A DNA stretch of 25,775 nt, from the IMG/VR virus record IMGVR_UViG_3300048854_000110, positions 1 to 25,775 of that record. One strand, given 5' to 3'. Positions 24,138-25,775 of this stretch are shown one piece after another. Origin of the DNA: a virus (taxonomy: Duplodnaviria > Caudoviricetes). The notes under the pieces were generated by a model. It had not been told where the DNA came from, made no database searches, and worked only from the letters and a program-made list of their open reading frames with translations. Position numbers and translations under genes: made by a program. Numbering within the stretch: the first letter of the stretch is position 1; each line of letters starts with the position of its first letter.

Positions 24138-25439
24138 ATGGACGAGATGGTAATGGACACCGCCGAGATCGAAGCGCCGGAAACTGGTGCAGAGGAAGTC
24201 GAACAGCCAGAAACTGAGCTTGAGAGTGAGGTGGAGCAGCCCGAGGAAGAAGTAGAGGGCGAAGAGACTGAAGGCGACGAACCCTCCGAAGACGAAGAAG
24301 AGGCCGAAGCCAAAGAGGGCGAGCAGACTCAGCCTGACGGCCGCAAGATGCCTGATGGGCTCAAGAAGGCAATCGCAAGCCTCAAGGCTACGAGCCCTGA
24401 GGTAGCGAAGCAGATCAAAGGGCTTTACTACTCAGATCAGGAGTATCGCGCTGCCTTCCCGACGCCGTTGGAGGCACAGGCAGCGAAGGGGCTGATTGAG
24501 GAGATTGGCGGCCCTGAAGGGCTGCAAGAGATTTCAGCCGAGCGCGAGGAAGTGCAGAACCTGTTTGACGGCCTCGATAACGGCAACAAAGAAACAATCA
24601 AGGGCCTGGCTGATCGGAACGAAGAAGGATTTCTGAAATCCGCGCCGCACGTCATCAACGAGTTTGCCCAACGCGCCCCTGAGCAGTATCAGTACTACTC
24701 CAACCGCCTGACGCTGAACACGATGGCGAACGCAGGCTTCAGCCTTCAGAACCTCCGCACAGCTTATGAGGCGCGCAAAGAGTCTGACCCTGGCGCCGCT
24801 GCAGTCATCGCCGAGATCTATAACTCGATGTATGACATGAACCAGAAGGCAGCCGAGTTCGAGCAGAAGCGCACGGATCCGCGAGAAGAGCAGTTGAAGC
24901 AGGATCGTGAGAAGTTCGAGACGGAACGTCGTGCCACCTTCGAGACTGGCGTAGCCGAGAAAGCTGAAAGGTTCCTGGCAGACAAGATGAAGCCGGAGCT
25001 CGATCGCATCATTGGCAACCGGAAGGTCGATCCGGAGGCGATGAAAGAGTTTCAGAGCATGGTGCAGCGTAAGGTTGGCGAACTGCTGGCCGCAGTTCCC
25101 GGTATAGAGGACAAGCTGGAAGCTTATTACCGCTCCGGTGACGCGGCAAAGTCTGTGGCTTACATTCAGGGTCAGTATCAGAGACTTCTCCCGCAGGCCG
25201 CCAAGGTAATTGAGCCGTTCCTTCGCAACATCGCGCCAGCGGCAGGACAGAAGACTCCCGCGAAGCAGGGAACTATAGCTAAATCTCAGCCGAGCGAGGC
25301 CGGAACGATCAAGTTGAAGGAGATGCCGGATTGGCATGAGCTTGATCCAACATGGAGCTCGACCATTGAGGCTACCGCGATGCTCATGGAAGGTAAAGCC
25401 AAGCTGAAGAATGGCCGCTGGGCCACTGGCTGGGCATAA
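24138..25439 (+). CDS. Capsid scaffolding protein (putative)
   Basis: Very acidic N-terminus and a long helical body; lies between portal and presumed capsid gene. Confidence 0.7.
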   Translation: MDEMVMDTAEIEAPETGAEEVEQPETELESEVEQPEEEVEGEETEGDEPSEDEEEAEAKEGEQTQPDGRKMPDGLKKAIASLKATSPEVAKQIKGLYYSDQEYRAAFPTPLEAQAAKGLIEEIGGPEGLQEISAEREEVQNLFDGLDNGNKETIKGLADRNEEGFLKSAPHVINEFAQRAPEQYQYYSNRLTLNTMANAGFSLQNLRTAYEARKESDPGAAAVIAEIYNSMYDMNQKAAEFEQKRTDPREEQLKQDREKFETERRATFETGVAEKAERFLADKMKPELDRIIGNRKVDPEAMKEFQSMVQRKVGELLAAVPGIEDKLEAYYRSGDAAKSVAYIQGQYQRLLPQAAKVIEPFLRNIAPAAGQKTPAKQGTIAKSQPSEAGTIKLKEMPDWHELDPTWSSTIEATAMLMEGKAKLKNGRWATGWA

Positions 25440-25443
25440 AAGT

Positions 25444-25566
25444 TTGTGCGGCGGCGTGGAAGGACACGCGCCATAGCGGATAAGTCTGCACGTAATCGCC
25501 TCCGCTGCCCGCTGCTGGACGCAGCAGCTAAAGGTGCAGAGCTGGTATCAAGCCCAGCCCGCACAA
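25444..25566 (+). ncRNA. tRNA-like structured RNA (acceptor-, D- and T-like arms, no anticodon arm)
   Basis: Stems TTGTGCGG/CCGCACAA, GCGTG/CACGC and GCTGG/CCAGC in tRNA geometry, with two inserted hairpins and a 7-bp pseudoknot. Confidence 0.62.
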
Positions 25567-25767
25567 TTCAAGTTTCGTCACACCACTGCAAGCGAATTGG
25601 GAGCGAGCCCCGTCCTCTCCGGAGGAAAAAATGTGCTTCGCGAACATGGCAGTGACACCGTACCACCCGCAATAAAAATCATCCGCTGCAAGGTCTTACA
25701 CAGCACTACCCGGGCTGCGCCTTAGGGCGAAAGGGGTGACCAGCAAGCACACCAACAGGTGTTTGTT

Positions 25768-25775
25768 ATGGCTGC
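25768..25775 (+). CDS. Possible start of the major capsid protein gene
   Basis: AGGTG then ATG GCT GC at the window edge; based on gene order only. Confidence 0.35.

Larger units (their letters stand above)
1..25775. mobile_element. Tailed dsDNA phage/prophage segment (early genes, switch, replication, packaging and head genes)
   Basis: Tightly overlapping small ORFs in two divergent blocks, an ERF plus YqaJ recombination pair, and TerS-TerL-portal-scaffold order. No host housekeeping genes, integrase or att site are in the window. Confidence 0.96.

Noticed and set aside
21837-25337. Long antisense ORFs (21837-22790, 24534-25337 and others)
   Set aside because: Shadows of the codon-biased portal and scaffold genes.
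25444-25566. Functional tRNA or tmRNA
   Set aside because: No anticodon arm, non-canonical 8-nt T-loop, no CCA, and too short for tmRNA with no tag frame.
25446-25725. ORFs 25446-25655 and 25534-25725
   Set aside because: No RBS or recognisable motif; the region is better explained by RNA structure.
1-25775. CRISPR array, diversity-generating retroelement, integrase/att site, IS element
   Set aside because: No regularly spaced repeats, reverse transcriptase, recombinase or transposase were seen. A temperate lifestyle is inferred only from the switch layout.

Overview
The whole window is a slice of a tailed dsDNA phage or prophage genome. It has a leftward early operon (1-9332) with many small ORFs, HNH, DUF3307, ASCH-like, a PEP-CTERM protein, YqaJ exonuclease, ERF recombinase and a LexA-DNA-binding-domain-only regulator. 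A switch region follows (9333-11497). A rightward operon then encodes HNH, a replication initiator fused to a nuclease-like domain, two XRE regulators, a C5 DNA methyltransferase, VRR-NUC, small membrane proteins, TerS, an antisense HNH-AP2, TerL, a P22-like portal and a scaffold. The main result is in the switch region. Where lambdoid phages carry a cI repressor, this phage carries a four-gene cassette: a 56-aa secreted two-Cys peptide missed by the ORF track (9556-9726), a predicted 7-TM membrane protein, a membrane-anchored partner and a winged-helix-like protein. The cassette lies between two outward-facing TTGACA promoters that share two operator palindromes. I infer a peptide-sensing lysis/lysogeny switch unrelated to arbitrium. 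Other notable items are a tRNA-like RNA with a pseudoknot ahead of the presumed capsid gene, a mini-lysozyme lacking all three catalytic residues, a phage PEP-CTERM protein and an overprinted gene inside the methyltransferase. The host is Gram-negative, possibly Acidobacteriota (inference only). All homology calls are motif recognition by eye; no searches were run.
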